From assembly GCA_900088475.1 (NCBI GenBank), contig FLMG01001143.1, forward strand, positions 25,156 through 89,155: a stretch of 64,000 nucleotides of DNA, read 5' to 3'. This DNA is from Hyphochytrium catenoides (lineage: Eukaryota > Protista > Hyphochytriomycota). How positions within the stretch are numbered: the stretch's first letter is position 1; every line of letters begins with the position of its first letter. The position numbers were made by a program, and so were the translations under genes. Positions 61,933 to 64,000 of the stretch are shown here, one piece after another. A model generated the notes under the pieces. It was given only the letters and a program-made list of their open reading frames with translations, ran no database searches and had not been told where the DNA came from.

Positions 61933-61985
<53 letters not shown>
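61933..61985. repeat. (CT)n microsatellite
   Basis: Perfect CT run of about 50 bp. Confidence 0.95.
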
Positions 61986-61987
<2 letters not shown>

Positions 61988-62272
61988 CCCCCCCTCCCTC
62001 GCTCTCTCTTCTCTCTCTCTCATATTCCTTCCCTCGTCTTCACTGTCTTTCTCTCCCCTTTTCGCCTCTGACTCTTTTGCTCCTGGCAACTCGGTTGCTG
62101 TCTCCTTTCGGTCGCTCTCGCATTCTCCCTCTCTCTCTCTCTCCCTCTCTCACACACACACTGCCTTCCCTCTCATTCTCTAGGAATACGACTGTCCCAA
62201 TGTTTATCTGTGCATCATCAGAGCAGCTTGTATCGCTGGAGCTCGGAGGTCAGATCGTATTTGTTTCTGGTC

Positions 62273-62889
62273 TCACTCAGCAGCTGTCTCCAGCGGCGCC
62301 ACGGGGACAGCTGGAGATGCTGATAAAGAGGATGAAGGGAGAGAAAGCTGTCCTTCGTCTTCATTCTCTCTCTCTTTCTCTTCGGGTGGGCTCTCCTCTA
62401 TCACATTCTCCAACGGCACTGCAGCCGCGTCTGTTCTTTCTGAAGCTTCTTGCCGAAGAAGATTAGCTCTTGAGACTGCACCGAGATCTTCGTCTTGTTT
62501 CTCTGCTTCGTCTGAAGAGACAAGGATGGCCTCTCTCTCTTCTCTTCTTTGGTCGGCTTGCCGTTCTTCCCGTGTCTGTTCTTTCTCCTGCTTTGACGCT
62601 GAGTTCGATGAGGAAGGACGAGAAGAGGGACTTGAAGAGAGGGAAGAAGAGAGAAGAGAAAGAGTCTTGTCCTCGACCTCTTTTCCTTTCTCTTTCTCTC
62701 CAGCTGATGGTGGTCGTTGTGCGGCTCTGGGTCGAGGAGGTGGTGGGAGAGGCTTCTGCTCTGGAGCCTTCTCTTTCTCTGCCACTGAAGACACAGAGCA
62801 GCAGAGATTAGGTAAGTTAGATAGTTAGTTAGAGACAACGAGACGAGGAGCATTTCATACTGAGAGGGGGAAGAGAGGACTACAGCGAT

Positions 62890-62925
<36 letters not shown>

Positions 62926-63438
62926 NNNNNNNNNNNNNNNNNNNNNNNNNNNNNNNNNNNNNNGAGAGAGAAAGAGAGAAGAGAGAGAGAGAGACAGAGA
63001 GAGAGGGAGAGAGAGAGAGAGAGAGAAAGGAAGGGAGAAAGAGTGAGAAAAGAGAAAGAGAGAAACAGACACAGACAGAGAGAGAGAGAGAGGAAATGCC
63101 TTGGCACACATCTTCCTGTATGTTCTTTGTAGGTGAAAGAGAGACAGAGAGACGGTTGTTACCCCTCACCTTTCGCTTTGCCTGTTAACTCTTTGGACTC
63201 TTCTTTTTCGGCTTGGCGGGCACGTGCTGAGTGAGTAGGAGGGAAGCATAGATGAGGACAAACAGACGAGCGAGCTGTCAGTATGGCAGGGAAGAGAGAA
63301 AGGATTGACGATGCACGAGAGAGAGAGAAAGAGAGAGTATAACAGGGACAGCTCTGCGCGCGGGAGAGGGAGCGGTGCGTGCGCTCGTAAGAGAGAAGAT
63401 TAGGGGAAAGAAAGAGAAAGGGTGTGTGCGTGTATGCT

Positions 63439-63475
<37 letters not shown>

Positions 63476-64000
63476 CATGGACAGAGACAGAGAGAAGGGC
63501 TTTGAGGAAGAAGTGAAAGAGAGAGGAGAGAGAGGCAGACAGACAGAGGACAGAAAGGAAGAGAGAATAGGATTGAGGTAGATAAGAAAGCGACACGATA
63601 GGAGGATAATTTTATAGAAGAGGGAGACACAGAGGGGGGAGAGAGAGAAAGATAGAAGTTGATCACGGTTACCTCTTCGTAGAAGCTCCCTTCTGTGTAC
63701 TGCTTCATCACTGGTGCAAAGATTGTTCTCATGATTCTTGAGGTTAAACGCTTGCACCAGCTGATGGCAGCCGTGATTCTTGCACTTGATCAAGCGGTTC
63801 GGGCAGTGATGGACCTGACGAAGGATGGAAAAGAGAGCCGTAACGAAGAGGAAGGAGAGGGAGGTCATTCTCTCTCTCTCTCTTATTAAATGAACGAGGA
63901 ACAGCTGATGGAGCTAGGATGATCCGCAAGGGAGAGTTAGACTGAGATCTGCCAGGGCAGTGGGCGTAAAGGACAAAGAAAGAGAAAGAGAGAGAGAGAG
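62273..64000 (-). CDS. 3' part of a TRAF-type zinc-finger protein with low-complexity C-terminus (starts beyond window)
   Basis: Exon ~63670-63820 reads HHCPNRLIKCKNHGCHQLVQAFNLKNHENNLC (TRAF zinc-finger pattern). The final exon is Pro/Ser/Glu-rich and ends PLETAAE* at 62273. Confidence 0.6.
62893..63092. repeat. (GA)n microsatellite with assembly gap
   Basis: Long GA runs on both sides of Ns at 62926-62963. Confidence 0.95.

Noticed and set aside
57054-63900. Many poly-(LS) and poly-(ER) ORFs
   Set aside because: Translations of GA/CT microsatellites in introns and spacers.

Overview
Gene-dense eukaryotic DNA with spliceosomal GT-AG introns. The gene repertoire suggests a flagellated stramenopile-type protist or alga, but this is inference. 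About 18-20 protein-coding genes can be reconstructed by eye across introns. In order: a secreted PSI-domain/Gly-rich repeat protein (runs off the left edge); GMPPA-like; RAPTOR; a ~13 kb coiled-coil/EF/IQ-Clu-LamG-LRR gene; an EF-hand ciliary MIP-like gene; a SIP5/GW2/DA2-type RING protein; a DNL zinc finger (Hep1/Zim17); two Orai (CRAC channel) paralogues flanking an ALDH22/MSC7-like gene; a carnitine acyltransferase; an SPFH/stomatin protein; a ModF-like double-ABC ATPase; a BAG-like protein; an MLF-like protein; a TPR-Hsp70 fusion; an RS-rich protein; and a partial TRAF-type zinc-finger gene. Three signals stand out. (1) One Orai copy keeps the selectivity-filter Glu, while its paralogue naturally carries Gln, equivalent to the pore-dead dominant-negative human Orai1 E106Q. 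(2) A co-oriented chaperone cluster comprises an Hsp70 that has gained an EEVD-binding TPR clamp and lost its own EEVD, an MLF-like gene and a BAG-like gene, with a canonical heat-shock element upstream. (3) A LamG domain is split by a charged coiled-coil insert inside the giant Clu protein. Introns lengthen and fill with (GA/CT)n microsatellites from left to right. No rRNA, tRNA, CRISPR array or intact transposon could be supported. Exon boundaries were read manually, several start codons are uncertain, and family assignments rest on remembered motifs rather than database searches.
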